Source: Eledone cirrhosa (taxonomy: Eukaryota). Taken from it: a DNA stretch of 64,000 nucleotides. A program made the position numbers and the translations under genes. The stretch lies in NCBI GenBank assembly GCA_964016885.1, contig OZ024751.1, forward strand, positions 23,374,001 to 23,438,000, read 5' to 3'. The notes under the pieces are model-generated. The model had not been told where the DNA came from, ran no database searches, and saw only the letters and a program-made list of their open reading frames with translations. Below, piece after piece: positions 1 to 15,475 of this stretch (position 1 is its first letter; every line of letters begins with the position of its first letter).

Positions 1-229
1 TGACATTTGTAAGACGGCAACCCCGTCATCATCAGCACGAGTAAAGACAGACACCACATCGTTGTTGGATTGTTTAAAGAAAAGCACAAGATGTTCTCTT
101 TCGCCTTGTTTTTAATTCTTCATCACCCAATATAGCTTTGCTTTTAAGTGTGGGTAGGTGTGTGGAGGGGTACTGGGGGTAAGCAATGGCAAGAGAAATG
201 TCAGAATCGGGGAGGAGCTGCGGTTAATA

Positions 230-261
<32 letters not shown>

Positions 262-334
262 GTAAAATAATAATATATATATATATGAATGCAAATGCAC
301 GAACGTGATTTACTCCGTGTGTATTAGCGCACTT

Positions 335-447
<113 letters not shown>

Positions 448-459
448 TATATATATATG

Positions 460-546
<87 letters not shown>

Positions 547-869
547 GTTTATATATATATATATATATATATATACACGTGTGTATTATATATATATATG
601 TGTGTGTGTGTTTGTGTTTGCTATAATTTCTTTAGAATTGTGTGAATTTGGAATAGATAAGACTAATATAATTTTTCACCCTCAAGGGAAACCCGGTTTT
701 GCCGATGTAGGATATATGTATATGTATATGTGTATGTGTATGTGTATGGGTGAAGTTTACTGTGTGTATGTATACGTATGTATGTGTACATATATGCATG
801 TATGTGTTTATGTTTTATATGTATCTATGTTTATGTTGTATATGTCTGTATGTCTATATATTTGTTCTC

Positions 870-1250
870 GGAAGAAGGATCAGGATGGAGAGAGAGGTGC
901 TGCACCCCAGCCGTTTCTATGAAAGATGGGTGAAAGTGGCGAGAATGGCCCGTGTGAATGGGCCTTCACTCTACATCAGACTATAGGTGAGGAAGATGAA
1001 AGACCAAGGGAGCACCCCTTCTCTGTGCTCCTGAGGAGAAGGGTTGCACACTTTTTTCGGGGGTGTGTGCGACCCCCCAAGGCGCCTCCTCTCTATTGAG
1101 GATTTTGTTAAAAATTTTATTTTTTGTTATATCTTATTTTATTTTTATATTTTGTTATTGCCTCCTCCTTATTGAGGACGCCTTTTTGTGTAAACTCCCC
1201 CCTTTGTACTTGTCCCACTTTTGATGCCCTAGTGGCAAATAAAAGAAATA
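870..1250 (+). mobile_element. 3' end fragment of a Tx1/L1-like non-LTR retrotransposon
   Basis: ORF tail [37 protein letters not shown] (stop 986) resembles Tx1-type ORF2 C-termini from memory. It is followed by a T-rich 3' UTR and AATAAA near 1238. Confidence 0.5.
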
Positions 1251-1910
1251 TATCTATTTGTTCTGTTTGTACGGGAATCCGGGATGTATAAGTCTAAGAA
1301 GTCAATTTGTTAACCGAAGCACCGTTAAGTCAAATGAGGTGATGTAGTTGGCAGGGAGGAATATATGAACCAAACTAACTAACGGGAATTAGTTTACCAT
1401 TTTGTAGTTTTACCATTAATTCTTTGATATTTTCATTTAGTATTTTTTTTGATATCATCTCAATTGAGGTCAACCCGAAAAAACGCGAGACCAAGACATG
1501 ACTCCTTTACCAAACACACCCCCAACCTTGTCCCCAGTTCTCGCGTTTTGCCATCGTAGTGGAATAAATATGTCGCTCGCTTTTCGCAGCAAACACGTTT
1601 AATGTCTTAATGGGGGTGGTTAAGGTGGAGCTGATGTAGGGGACATTAGTTTTGATAGGGGTTTGGGTAGAAATGAGGTAGGTAGTGGAGGTGGTGGTGG
1701 TAGTGGTGACAGTAAAGCTGGTGAAGATGGAAGGTTTTGGGGCTTTAGGTGTGGGTGAGGGGGAGTATTAGTTGTGATAGGGGTTCGGGTGGAGGTGGTG
1801 TAGTTAGCGATAGTGGTGATGGTATTTCTATTTTAATAGAGATATTAGGAGGGAGGATGAGTTTCGTAAAACTTTGTAGTCGGTGGTTGTTGTTTTAGGG
1901 TGTTGGTTAT

Positions 1911-2217
1911 GATGGTGGTTATAACGGGTGTGGTGATGGCGGCGGGGTTGAAGAGATAGATGGTGGTTATAACGGATGTGGTGATGGCGGCGGGGTTGAA
2001 GAGATGGATGGCGGTTATAACGGGTGTGGTGATGGCGGCGGGGTTGAAGAGATGGATGGTGGTTATAACGGGTGTGGTGATGGCGGCGGGGTTGAAGAGA
2101 TAGATGGTGGTTATAACGGGTGTGGGGATGGCGGCAGGGTTGAAGAGATAGATGGTGGTTATAACGGGTGTGGGGATGGCGGCAGGGTTGAAGAGATAGA
2201 TGGTGGTTATAACGGGT
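1911..2217. repeat. 48-bp minisatellite, ~6.4 copies
   Basis: Unit GATGGTGGTTATAACGGGTGTGGTGATGGCGGCGGGGTTGAAGAGATA repeated; explains the 16-aa periodic ORFs. Confidence 0.95.
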
Positions 2218-2228
2218 GAGAGATGGGC

Positions 2229-2420
2229 GATGGATTGGCTGTATTGGCAGAAGGTCGGACGCCATGCTTTGCAGTATAGAGTTACGACCCTTAACGGTCT
2301 GAGTTCAAATCCCACTGAGGTTAACTTTGCCTTTTATCCTTACGGGGTCGATAAAATAAAGCGCCAGTAATACACTGGAGGGTAATTGCTGGCCTTGTAC
2401 CAAAAGTAGCAACAGTTATT
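2229..2420 (+). mobile_element. tRNA-derived SINE (octopod type)
   Basis: A-box-like head, B box GAGTTCAAATCC and conserved body GAGGTTAACTTTGCCTTT..ATCCTTACGGGGTCGATAAAATAAAG; many copies in the window. Confidence 0.85.
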
Positions 2421-2930
2421 ACGGTTGGTAGGGTTGGTGGTGTTGTGATAGTGGTGTTGCTGGTAGTGGTAATTAGTGGTTGTGGTGGAGGGGATTGTTG
2501 TTGTTGCTGGGGTCTGTGCTTATTTTGTTTTTGTTGTTGTGACGATAGCGATGGCGGTGGTGGTCTTGGTGGTGGTGGTTGTGTTGGTGCCAGTGGTGTT
2601 GGTGACGGTTATGGCGATGGCTGTAGTTGATTTTATTTTTGTTGTTGTTGTGGTGATGGCGGTGGTGGTTTTGGTGGTGGTGGTGGTGGTGGTGGTGGGA
2701 GCTGATGACAGGTGGAGTTAATGTTAGCGTTCGTAATGAGTATAACGATGGTTGAAACTTGTTTTGATAGATGTGGTCGGGGATGGGGAATGTTTTATTG
2801 GTAGTGGAGTGTGTGATGGTGGAGGTGTTTTAGGAGGCACATTGATGGAGGTTGTGGCGATGGTGGTGGATATTTTGATGATAATAACGGAACATTTGGC
2901 AAATGTGGGCATGTTAATGGTGGAAACATT

Positions 2931-2990
<60 letters not shown>

Positions 2991-3002
2991 TCTCTCTCTC
3001 TT

Positions 3003-3062
<60 letters not shown>

Positions 3063-3253
3063 GATGCATATACACACATATATATGTATGTATATATATA
3101 TATATATAGATGCATATACACACATATATCTGTATATATATATATATATATAGATGCATATACACACATATATATGTATGTATATATATATATATATATA
3201 GATGCATATACACACATATATATGTATATACACACACACACACACACACACAC

Positions 3254-3292
<39 letters not shown>

Positions 3293-3528
3293 TACATATA
3301 TATATTTGTTTCTATAGAAGGGACAGCCATGATGCTGATACTAACGGGGCGATGCTAAAGCGTAACGACACTTTTAACTTACAGGAACTTACTTCATACG
3401 GATGTTCTGAAGGAAACGTGTATTTAATTATATAAGAATAAACCCGTCCCATATCTTAAGATATGCAAACACACAGAAACATGTCAGGATACACACATAA
3501 CATTGTCATAGACTATATATTTATACAC

Positions 3529-3562
<34 letters not shown>

Positions 3563-3588
3563 GTATATATGTATGTATACATATATGC

Positions 3589-3625
<37 letters not shown>

Positions 3626-3741
3626 TGTGTGTGTATGTGTGAATGTATGTGTTTATGAATGTATATGTATATATATATATATATGTGTATATAAAGGACA
3701 GCATACGGGGCATTTATATATATATTATATATTATATATAT

Positions 3742-3805
<64 letters not shown>

Positions 3806-3824
3806 GTATATATATATCTATATA

Positions 3825-3982
<158 letters not shown>

Positions 3983-4079
3983 TGTATATATACATATATA
4001 TATATACATATGTATATGTATATATATATATAAATATACATATACATATGTATATATATATATATACATATATATATAC

Positions 4080-4150
<71 letters not shown>

Positions 4151-4443
4151 CATATGTGACATAAATGGTCCGTTTCCTGTCCTTTTCAGAGTTAAGAATT
4201 TGTTTACGTACACGTATTGCTATCCTAGTCGAAAGACAGTGTCTTGTCTCTTTGCTGTTGTCTCATATGCCTCTTTTCAGCGGGTTATTCAAGCCGTCGT
4301 GCAACCTAGATGCAATAGTATACAATACACCTCCCATGCACAAAATTGCATGCCCGAGGGCTGGCTGAAGAGAGAGATGGATGCATTTGTTTCTTATTTC
4401 AACGTAATTTGGTTTGTTTTTCCTTGTGCAACGTTGCTATATA

Positions 4444-4477
<34 letters not shown>

Positions 4478-4504
4478 CTCGATGTCTAGCTGCATATATA
4501 TATA

Positions 4505-4809
4505 TTACGTCGGACGGTCTGTATCACGATCGCTCATGAAATCCACCCAGCTTATGCTGACCGGATAACCATGTTGCTTGTTTATTCCCATCTTTGCGTT
4601 GCTTTCATCCTTCTATGTTGTTTACTTGTCTCACTCGCTTTACGCGATTTACTTGTCCCAATAGCTTTTTTTAGTTATTGCTCGCAACAACCTGAGGTAT
4701 ATGATTTTTAATTCGATGAAATATCAATGATGGTTGGCAAATCACTGACGAAGGACTAATTTTATCATATGTAACCCATGTGCAACCACGCAGTATTCTT
4801 CTTTCTTCT

Positions 4810-4815
<6 letters not shown>
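4505..4815 (+). repeat. Dispersed repeat family U, between (TA)n tracts
   Basis: Homologous in reverse to 7190-7575 and 23613-24120; contains GAAA..TGAT-loop-ATCA-CTGACGA. Confidence 0.7.
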
Positions 4816-4877
<62 letters not shown>

Positions 4878-4955
4878 CGGCGATGAATTATATATATATA
4901 TATAGGTCAATACACAAATACCTAATACATTTAAAGGAAACTTCCTCCTTTTTTC

Positions 4956-5020
<65 letters not shown>

Positions 5021-5033
5021 TATATATATATAA

Positions 5034-5718
<685 letters not shown>

Positions 5719-5730
5719 CATACATATACA

Positions 5731-6010
5731 TATATCAACTAGAAATTGATTGACATATATATATATTTAAAGGTATATTTGAAGCTCTAGTTAAACTTTA
5801 ATTAGTTACCTACCTAGCTGTGTGTGTTTACACACTTTACAAATTATCCCCTGTGATTGTTTCATGTGTTTATTTTAAATATATATATATGTCAATCAAT
5901 TTCTAGTTGATATAAAATGCTCGGATCTATTCATTGGAATCTTTGAGCATATTCTACAGTGGATATGGCGCATGTCTCGGACATGACTCCCTTAATTTAA
6001 TTTAATTAAA
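5731..6010. repeat. Inverted repeat (5731-5770/5874-5913) plus tail with TGCTC..GAGCA hairpin
   Basis: TATATCAACTAGAAATTGATTGACATAT and its reverse complement; same arm-plus-tail layout as the other (TA)n inserts. Confidence 0.6.
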
Positions 6011-6047
6011 TTTATTTCGGATATACATATACATATATAGATTTAGA

Positions 6048-6151
<104 letters not shown>

Positions 6152-6242
6152 TCTAAATCTATATATGCATATGTATATCCGAAATAAATGAGATTAAAAA
6201 CCTTTTTTGTATAGCAAACCGTGTCAATCTTCTTTCCTGATT

Positions 6243-6299
<57 letters not shown>

Positions 6300-6737
6300 T
6301 CTATCTATCTCTCTCTATATATATATACATATATCTAAATTCAATCCTGGCTAAGTAGTGAGCCTAGTTTCTCTTGAAATTCACCTGCGCATGCGTAGGA
6401 TCATATATATATATAATATATATGCATCTATATATCTAAACATATATTTATATTTATATACACGTATATATAAGTATATATGATTGTGCTCATACAAGTC
6501 ACTGGATGAAAAGGAATATAATATAATAAAAAATGATATTGTATTATATAATTTAATATAATATAGTTAGTCTGAAGGCTATATATAATGTAGTAAATAT
6601 ATTCATCATATTCGTAACAAACTCTCAAAAGAAAATTGCTTTGAAGTCGTTTCTAATTTATTCCTTAATACTAAAATTTGTACATATATATATATGTACA
6701 TATATATATATATATATGTACATATATATATATGTAC

Positions 6738-6810
<73 letters not shown>

Positions 6811-6866
6811 TACAAAAAGTATAATAGTATAATTTGCATAATAGTATAAATAAATTTATAACCCCA

Positions 6867-7139
6867 CTATCCGGGAGCTTCCAACCGACATGGTCGCATT
6901 CTTTAATGGTATGTCAATATTTATTTATAAAACTGCTCTATATTATATTTTATCTGATGAAAGCACACCATAATTTAACGTGGTGTACTTGAAATATGTA
7001 TAATGAAATAAATAAGGTTTTATAAATATAGTTTCCATTTGTTAATATATCGTATTTTTACTCCAAATATTTGTTGAGTGCTTTATATTAGTTATAAAAA
7101 TATTTGCTTGTTGTATCCCAACAATTTAAATAGAACTTC

Positions 7140-7145
<6 letters not shown>
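6867..7145 (+). mobile_element. HHR element family B1 with tail
   Basis: Homologous to the other B copies; ends at (TA)n. Confidence 0.85.
6946..7010 (+). ncRNA. Minimal type I hammerhead ribozyme (B1)
   Basis: TATTTTAT CTGATGA(6954-6960) AAGCACACCA..TGGTGTACTT GAAA(6991-6994) T ATGT ATA ATGAAATA. Confidence 0.8.
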
Positions 7146-7188
<43 letters not shown>

Positions 7189-7189
7189 A

Positions 7190-7575
7190 AATATAGAGAA
7201 AAATACTGCAGGTAGCACATGGATAACATGTAATAAAATGAGTCCCTCATCAGTGATTTGCCGAAGATCATAGATATTTCATTGCATTAAAAATCATATA
7301 TCTCACGTCGGTGCAATAATAACCAAAATAAGTTATTAGGACAATTAAAACGCGTAAAGCGAGTGAGACAGGAGAACAACAGAGTAAAGCTAACCAGGGG
7401 AAAGAAACAAGCTTCAAAAATTATTCTGTTTAGCATAAGCTAGGTGAATATATGAGCGCTTAGAGAATAGATCCGACACGAGCGAAGGCTATGAGCAGAG
7501 AGAGAAAAATAGCGTTCGTGGTGTGCAGGATGAAATGAAGAGAAGAGAGAGAAAAACAGTGAGTGAGTGAAAGTG
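7190..7575 (-). repeat. Dispersed repeat family U
   Basis: Reverse homology to 4505-4815. Confidence 0.65.
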
Positions 7576-7681
7576 TGATATATATATATCTATATATATA
7601 TATATGTTGTTAATGTCTGTATGTATGTATATTTATATGCATTTATGTGTATATGTACATATAAATACATATAAATATATC

Positions 7682-7810
7682 GATAGCTGTCAAAACGGCC
7701 GGAGCTCAGTCATCGGGGTCCTGAATCTTTTCATATTACCCACTCTACTACCCCAAGTATCGAGTACACTGGTTGGTTATGGTTCATCTGGTATTTTATC
7801 ACACCCTTTC
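7682..7810 (+). repeat. Family T fragment (diverged)
   Basis: AAACGGCCGGAGCTCAG..TTACCCACTCTACTACCCCAAGTATCGAGTAC matches the copies at 16698, 26123, 26521 and 36630. Confidence 0.7.
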
Positions 7811-8129
7811 TTCCCCTACTTCCTCTCTCATCACCCCACCCACCCCTGTTCTTCCTCCTTTCCCCCCCTTTACTTTTTTCTCTCCTTTTTTTTTCTCTTT
7901 CTCTCTCCTTTCCATTTGACCTTTTGATTAATAAAAGGCCTCGGGCGCACCCGAACTACACGGATGTCATGTAATTCAGCGCCGAAACATCGGTTCGGGA
8001 TACATTTACAGCTGACGATGGAAACTCCTTTCTTCCTTTCTCCTCCTGTTCCGTCCTAACCACCATCCTAAACTTTGTTTTTAGTAACCACACATCTCCT
8101 TTCGTTTCATAACTTTTTGTATATATATA

Positions 8130-8483
<354 letters not shown>

Positions 8484-8787
8484 GCGTTTAAGTATGTATA
8501 AAACAAAGCATTTAATACATTACTCGAAAACTTACTCGAAACTTACTCGAAAGAAAATGAATTATGAGAAGAGAAAAACTCGGAACTACATCTTTAAAAC
8601 ACTTAAAATGTTGAGATGATTAATTGTAACATAAACAGAATAAAGGAAAAATAGAGACCGTTTCTTTACGGAGAGGAATTACTAGGATGCTAGAAAAACA
8701 GAACGAAAACATACAAACTACAAAAAATCTTCACAAAATACAAATGAAAAAATAACAGTTTGACTTTAGTACCACCTGAGGCTTCAC

Positions 8788-8856
<69 letters not shown>

Positions 8857-8965
8857 GAATAAAAGGGCGTTTACTTACTCTCGTTCTCTCTTTATCCCTC
8901 CTTTTCTCTGTATGTATGTGTGTACACACACACACACTCACTTATATGTATGTATATATACATAC

Positions 8966-9032
<67 letters not shown>

Positions 9033-9034
9033 CG

Positions 9035-9065
<31 letters not shown>

Positions 9066-9811
9066 GGAAAAAATGAAACGAAATTTCATTTCTCACTCTT
9101 AGTACAGCTGTTACTTAAATATAAGTATGTATACGTACATACATATATGTATACATACGTACATATATATATGTGTGCATGTATGTATATATATATACAT
9201 ACTACTGTACGTCTGTAATCATATATGTATGTACGTATACATACTTATATATATGTATATATGGATATGTATATATACGAGAAAGCTTATTTACATAAAT
9301 CAAGGATTACTGCTTTTATTTTAATATTTTATCTTGTTCATTGAGTTCTAAATGTTATAAAAAGATGTTAGCGTTATGTCTGTGTTTTCATTTCCTTTAG
9401 ATTTCATGTCTAAAAGATGGAACCAATGCTGCGATGTCATTGATTTCTACCAGTCTACACGGCTGGTGATTATTGTATTATATTGATAATACGGCTTGAA
9501 ATCTTCGCTCAGACTGTAGTCTAGTGTCTGTCACTTCTTCCCCTTCCTTCCCTCCTTTGGTTGTTTAATTTCTTCTTTCATTCTATTTCTTTTTTTTTAT
9601 CTTCTATTCTTCATTTCATTATTTCTTTATATAAATTCTGTGAACAATTAAGATATTATATGGATTAAAAATGTCCTTAACTCTTAGTGTCTTGTTCCGC
9701 ACGAAAACGTAGCAAGGATGCGAAGTCAATGAATAATCATGCACACGGAAGATTATTTTTATTCTTTATTTTTTTTTAGTATAACTGACTTCATCGCATT
9801 AACTATTAGTG

Positions 9812-10123
9812 TACTTTCTCCAGCCGCAACCTGGTGCAGTCTGCGACTAACCCAGGTTCTGCTGCACGTCGGGCTGAGGAGGCCAAACTCTTCAAATACC
9901 GGTTGCTCTCCGACAGGTTTGCGGTTGTACCCTTGGCAGTGGAGACTTCTGGTGTCCTTGGCCCTAGGGCTACCACCATTGGCGCTGAGCTGGCCAGCCG
10001 TGAGGTGTGAGGTGTGAGCCTCGTGGGCTGGAATGGTTTTTCCAGCGCGTCTCGCTTGCCGTCTGCCGGGGATACGCCTTCTCCATTCTGTCCGCCGGGG
10101 CTATGGGGAGGCCACTAATATGA
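9812..10123 (+). mobile_element. CRE-clade non-LTR retrotransposon 3' fragment (restriction-like endonuclease domain), frameshifted
   Basis: Manual translation gives SATNPGSAARRAEEAKLFKYRLLSDRFAVVPLAVETSGVLGPRA..WFFQRVSLAVCRGYAFSIL, matching the AE..K..KY / P.AVET.G / QR.S.A..RG RLE motifs. Confidence 0.8.
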
Positions 10124-10514
10124 TTGACTGGCTTGTCATTTTATTAGTCAGATGTTCCACTAGTACTTTTGCTCCTGTGTTGCTGATAGTACAACTGACT
10201 ATTGCTCCTGTGTTGCTGATAGTACAACTGTTACTAATATTCAATTTGTGTTTCACATTTTTCTAATATTTCAACTATTATAGTATTCAACTAACACTAA
10301 AATATTCGCAAAGAATTGTCAGCATTTAAAAATAACTTCCTTATGAACGCAGCTGAACTGAGGCTAAACAACAACAACAATAAAAATGTTAGACTAAAAT
10401 ATGTGTCAAATAACAAAAGAAATATTGTCACTGTAATGCAATGATATCATGAACGTTAAAAAAGAAATATTAAATTTCCAACAATGAAGGATTCTCAATA
10501 CATTGATATGAGGC

Positions 10515-10705
10515 AGATGGATTGGCAATATCGGTAGAGCGTCAGGCACCATGCTTTACAGCATAGAGTTATGGCTCTTTACGTTCTTAGTTCAAATCCC
10601 GCCGAGGTTAACTTTGCCTTTCATCCTTACGGGGTTGATAAAATAAAGTACCAGTAATGCACTGGGGTAATTGCTGGCTTTGTGCCAAAAGTAGAAACAT
10701 TTATA
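10515..10705 (+). mobile_element. tRNA-derived SINE
   Basis: Full head plus body, same family as 2229-2420. Confidence 0.85.
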
Positions 10706-10817
10706 ATATATCTTCTCATGTCTTTTGTAAAACATCAGATGGATGTACAGTTTTTTTTTGTTTTGGGATTTTTATTTAAAGCTTTAAATCGTAAGTTAAT
10801 TTATTCCACATGCCACC

Positions 10818-10920
10818 AACCGAGGTTAACTTTGCCTTTCATCCTTACGGGGTAGATAAAATAAAGTACCAGTAATGCACTGGGTATTTGCTGGCCTTGT
10901 GCCAAAAGTAGAAACAATTA
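10818..10920 (+). mobile_element. SINE 3' fragment
   Basis: CGAGGTTAACTTTGCC..CCAAAAGTAGAAACAATT. Confidence 0.8.
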
Positions 10921-11886
10921 ATGAAACTTAAAGGTCATGTCGTGCCTACCCCAGCATGGCCTCAGCCGGATGGCTGGAACGGATAAAACAGTAAAATAGT
11001 AAAAGAGAGTCTGTATCGTGATCCCGCGGACAAGTTGGAGAAAACATAGCTCCAGAGGATGGCGAAGGATGGGCGCTGAAACATCCACTATCTCTCGCGG
11101 GACTCGCACGTCGTGGATTGTAGTTTAGCAAAGCTTCAGTAAATTTATTCCACATGTCATCACTATAAATGAAATTTAAGGGTCAGTCTTCATCATGATC
11201 CTGACGGAGGACAGGATGGAGAGAACTTTGGGAGAGAAGCGCTGGAACAGCCACTTCACCTCGTAGAGCTCGCATTTGCTGATTTCCAATTCTGCTCCGA
11301 TAGCAGTGAGTAGGCATGATGTTGCTTCGTGGTCTCGGTGGACGGAATTGCGAATGCAATGTAAGAATTGTACAGTAATTCAATATATAACACTACAAAC
11401 TTATATCCTTTGTAAAACATAAGATAGAGGTTGCATCATGGCCTCGGGAGGGAATTTTATTAGATTATATTTTCTGGGTATGCTTACATATTTTATGTAG
11501 CATGTTTAGAATATATATTTAGACAAGTATTCATAATCTTAGCGAATATTCTGCACCGGATTTAATATTGTTGAAGCAGACGAAGTGAAGTGTAGCTGCG
11601 ACAATCCGTCCGGAAATAAAGCCACTTTTTGTTCCGTTTATCAAAATAACTATATATATTCAAACAGAATTCATTTGATGAAATCGGGAGAATGTTCTGA
11701 TGTGAATTATTTGTTCATTAGATTATCTGATTAAACACGTGTTTTAATCGTGTTTGCAGCTGTGGAATTCTTGAAGGTCAGAAGTTTACGAACTTTCAAA
11801 CTGAATTTATTTCTTCCTTTGTGAATGAATGCACGTGGCTTAGCAGTTAGAGTGTTCAACACCACAATACAGACAATCCACCACTT

Positions 11887-11919
<33 letters not shown>

Positions 11920-12585
11920 AATTGTTTCTACTTTTGGCACAAGGCCAGCAATTATCCTAATGTATTACTGGTACTTTATTTTATCGACCCTGTAAGGATG
12001 AATTTCAAAGTTAACCTCGGCGGGATTTGAACTCAAATCATAAAGGGAGGTAACTCTATGCTTCAAAGTATGGCGTCCGAACCTCTACCGATATTGCCAA
12101 TCCACCATAATTGTTTCTAATATAGGCACAAGGCTAGCAATTTGGGGTGTGGGTGTGTGTGTGTGTGTGGGTGTGAGGGGGGGGGGGTAAGTCGATTAAA
12201 TCGACACCAATGTATTACTGGTGCTTTATTTTATCGACCCCGTAAGGATGAAAGGCAAAGTTAACATTGGCGGGATTTTAACTCAGCCCGTAAAGGGACG
12301 TAACTATGCTGGAAAGCATGGCGTCCGACTCTCTGCCGATACTGCCAATCCACCGCCCTTATAATGATAATAATAATGGTTTCTTATATAGGCGCAAGGC
12401 CAGCAATTTTGGCGGAGGGGAAAGTTGATTAAATTGACCCCAGTGCGTGACTGGTACTTTATTTTATCGACCCCGTAAGGATGAAAGGCAAAGTTAACCC
12501 CGGCGGGATTTGAACTCAGACCGTAAAAGGACGAACTCTATGCTGCAAAGCATGGCGTCCGACCCTCTACTGATACTGCCAATAA
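11920..12585 (-). mobile_element. Three head-to-tail SINE copies (~11920-12107, 12110-12358, 12375-12585)
   Basis: Each has the reverse complement of the SINE body and B box; two are the longer variant containing GTCGATTTAATCGACT. Confidence 0.85.
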
Positions 12586-13515
12586 TAATAAATTCTTTAT
12601 TAGGGCTCAAATAAAGGAAACATTTCAGGATGATACAGTGTGGGCTTTTTTTTTGTAAAATAAAATTTATGACAGACACTAAGAAAACAAACATAAAATC
12701 TAACAACAAATCCCCCAAAGGGTGGAGAAAGCCCACAAAAGTCACGGTCACCCTGTCCGCTATTTATGATAATCTTCTAATCTTCTCTTTCCTCCTCTTC
12801 GTTGTTGTCATTGTCGCCATCATCTTCTCCGTCGTCTCCCCCTCCTCCTCTCCTCTCCTCTCCTCCTCCTCCTTTTATCTCTTCTTATAACACCACCACA
12901 ACTACCACCGTCATTACTACATCTTCTCCACCTCCTCATCATTATCATCATTATCATCTACATCATCTCCATCCTCATCATCCTCATCAACCATCACTGC
13001 ATCCAATCCATCTTCATTCCAGCAACAAAAAAAAAAACAACAACAAAAAAATAACAAACAAAACAAAAGCCAAACAATAAACAAACATAAAAATCAAATG
13101 CTAGTAACAGGAAAGCAGAGGCAACACCTCTTTCAAACCAATCAACCAATAAAACATCATCTTTCCAAACACCACCAACAAGTCAATCTTCAATATCCAG
13201 ATTCCATTTATGTAAGGAGGCTGCTGGATTTCCTTCGCATCATAACTAAAGCCCATCCACTGAGAGCATCATTTCATTCAAGAAACAACTCATCTATTAC
13301 ACGACGACATTATGTAAGCAGATAATTTCCTGAAGTTTCACCTTCTGTAGAGCCATATTATGTACACAGATTTAGAATGAAATTATCTACCCCTTTAATG
13401 GTGCAGAAAATAAAGCGATTGGAAAATGTCTTGTGGGGAAGGTTTGCTTATCTTCAATTCTAAATATGCTGGATTTGTTCGTTCAATGTTGAGTGGCTTA
13501 TCGCAGCTACTTTTG

Positions 13516-13567
<52 letters not shown>

Positions 13568-13586
13568 AGTGGCTTATCGCAGCTAC

Positions 13587-13680
<94 letters not shown>

Positions 13681-13808
13681 CACAAATACACACACAGACA
13701 CATATATATGTATGTATATATATATACATATATATGCATATACACATAAAAATACACACACACACATACACATACACACACATACACACACACGCACACA
13801 CACACACG

Positions 13809-13841
<33 letters not shown>

Positions 13842-14541
13842 GTGTGTGTGCGTGTGTATCATCATCATTATCATCTCTAGATTCAAAATTGTCAAATAGT
13901 TAACTCCTTCTAACCTTCATTTTATATTTCATGCATGCAATATCTCTATGTTAATGTTTTTTTTAAAAAATACATATATTTGCTTTTATTAAAGCTTCCA
14001 ACATTAATCTCCCTTTTAGTTTCTAGGAGATGGCAGTTTCATCAAAAAGTGCTTTTATACCTGCATTTGTTTCGTGTATATCTTGTAATTGTTTTTTTTT
14101 CATTTTGGAGTCTTTATAATATATTCAAATATTTTTTGTCATATTGTGGTTACGCACGATATATCTTTTTTCGTAGATTTATGAGTTTTTTAGTGACAGA
14201 TTCAAAAATTCTGAAAATATTTAGCATATAGTTCCTGTAACATGCGCTAAAAAAGTTTGCTGTATTGTTACGAACAAAATAAAATGAAAATAAATATGTA
14301 TTAAACTATAGTGTTTACTTCTAAATGCTGTCCACAAGTTTCATATTAGAGAAAGGAATCCAATTGCATTAATATTTAGATGGCATATTTAGTAGATTTC
14401 CATGTATGCAAGTGATGTGTGCTGAAAGAACTTTACATGTAGACCAACTAGGATTTCTGTAGAAGCATATAAATGAACAAATGTACTGAGTTTACCTCTA
14501 CATGAAGAAACAAATCTTAATACATCATACAATGTCAAAAC

Positions 14542-14880
<339 letters not shown>

Positions 14881-15239
14881 ACATTACTTCACAAAACCAA
14901 AGAAAACCTCAACATGAAACATGATGCGTAAATCATGTGTAGCTATGGCGGAAAACAATTTAAAACAATATAAAAAATCTAAGATTGCATCGAGAATTTG
15001 CTGATGTATTTAATTTATTTCCTTTCGTTAACATCGCCTCCATCTCTGTCACCCTCCCCATCTCTCTGTATGGTGAGCAAATGGATTCCCTCGCGCTGGC
15101 CTCCCCACAGTGGACATCATACTAATTTCTTTCATAAATATTCGTTTTTCCCGTAACACCTAAGGGAACGGAGGGGGCGCTGTATTGTAATAAGGTGTTT
15201 CAAAGACATTTTTTAAAGCTTAGTGGAGCACATCTCGTC

Positions 15240-15475
15240 TCTACGTCTGAATTCAGATTTCTTCGAGAGAAGGATAGAAAGTGAGAGAATGAAAGTGAAA
15301 AAAAAGACATAGAAAAAGAATCGACTCCAGTACTAGAATGGTACTTTTTATATCAACATGGAATGGATGAAAGGCAAAATTGACCCCAGCAGGATTCGAA
15401 ATCAGAGAGACCCGGAAGGAACACTGCAAAGCATTCTATCCAACGTTCTGAACACTCTGCCAATTCGCCACGCTT
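15240..15475 (-). mobile_element. Diverged SINE subfamily copy
   Basis: GATGAAAGGCAAAATTGACCCC..GGATTCGAAATCAG; shares its 3' extension with 62380-62600. Confidence 0.65.

Noticed and set aside
1828-2315. Periodic ORFs on both strands
   Set aside because: Product of the 48-bp minisatellite plus the adjacent SINE.
7940-8030. Possible hammerhead (CGAAACATCGGTT..CTGACGA)
   Set aside because: The core halves could not be assembled with consistent stems.
9400-9490. Candidate host exons after polypyrimidine-AG (also 13200-13320, 34410-34605, 46700-46900)
   Set aside because: Short or interrupted frames, no recognisable domain and no consistent splice chain.
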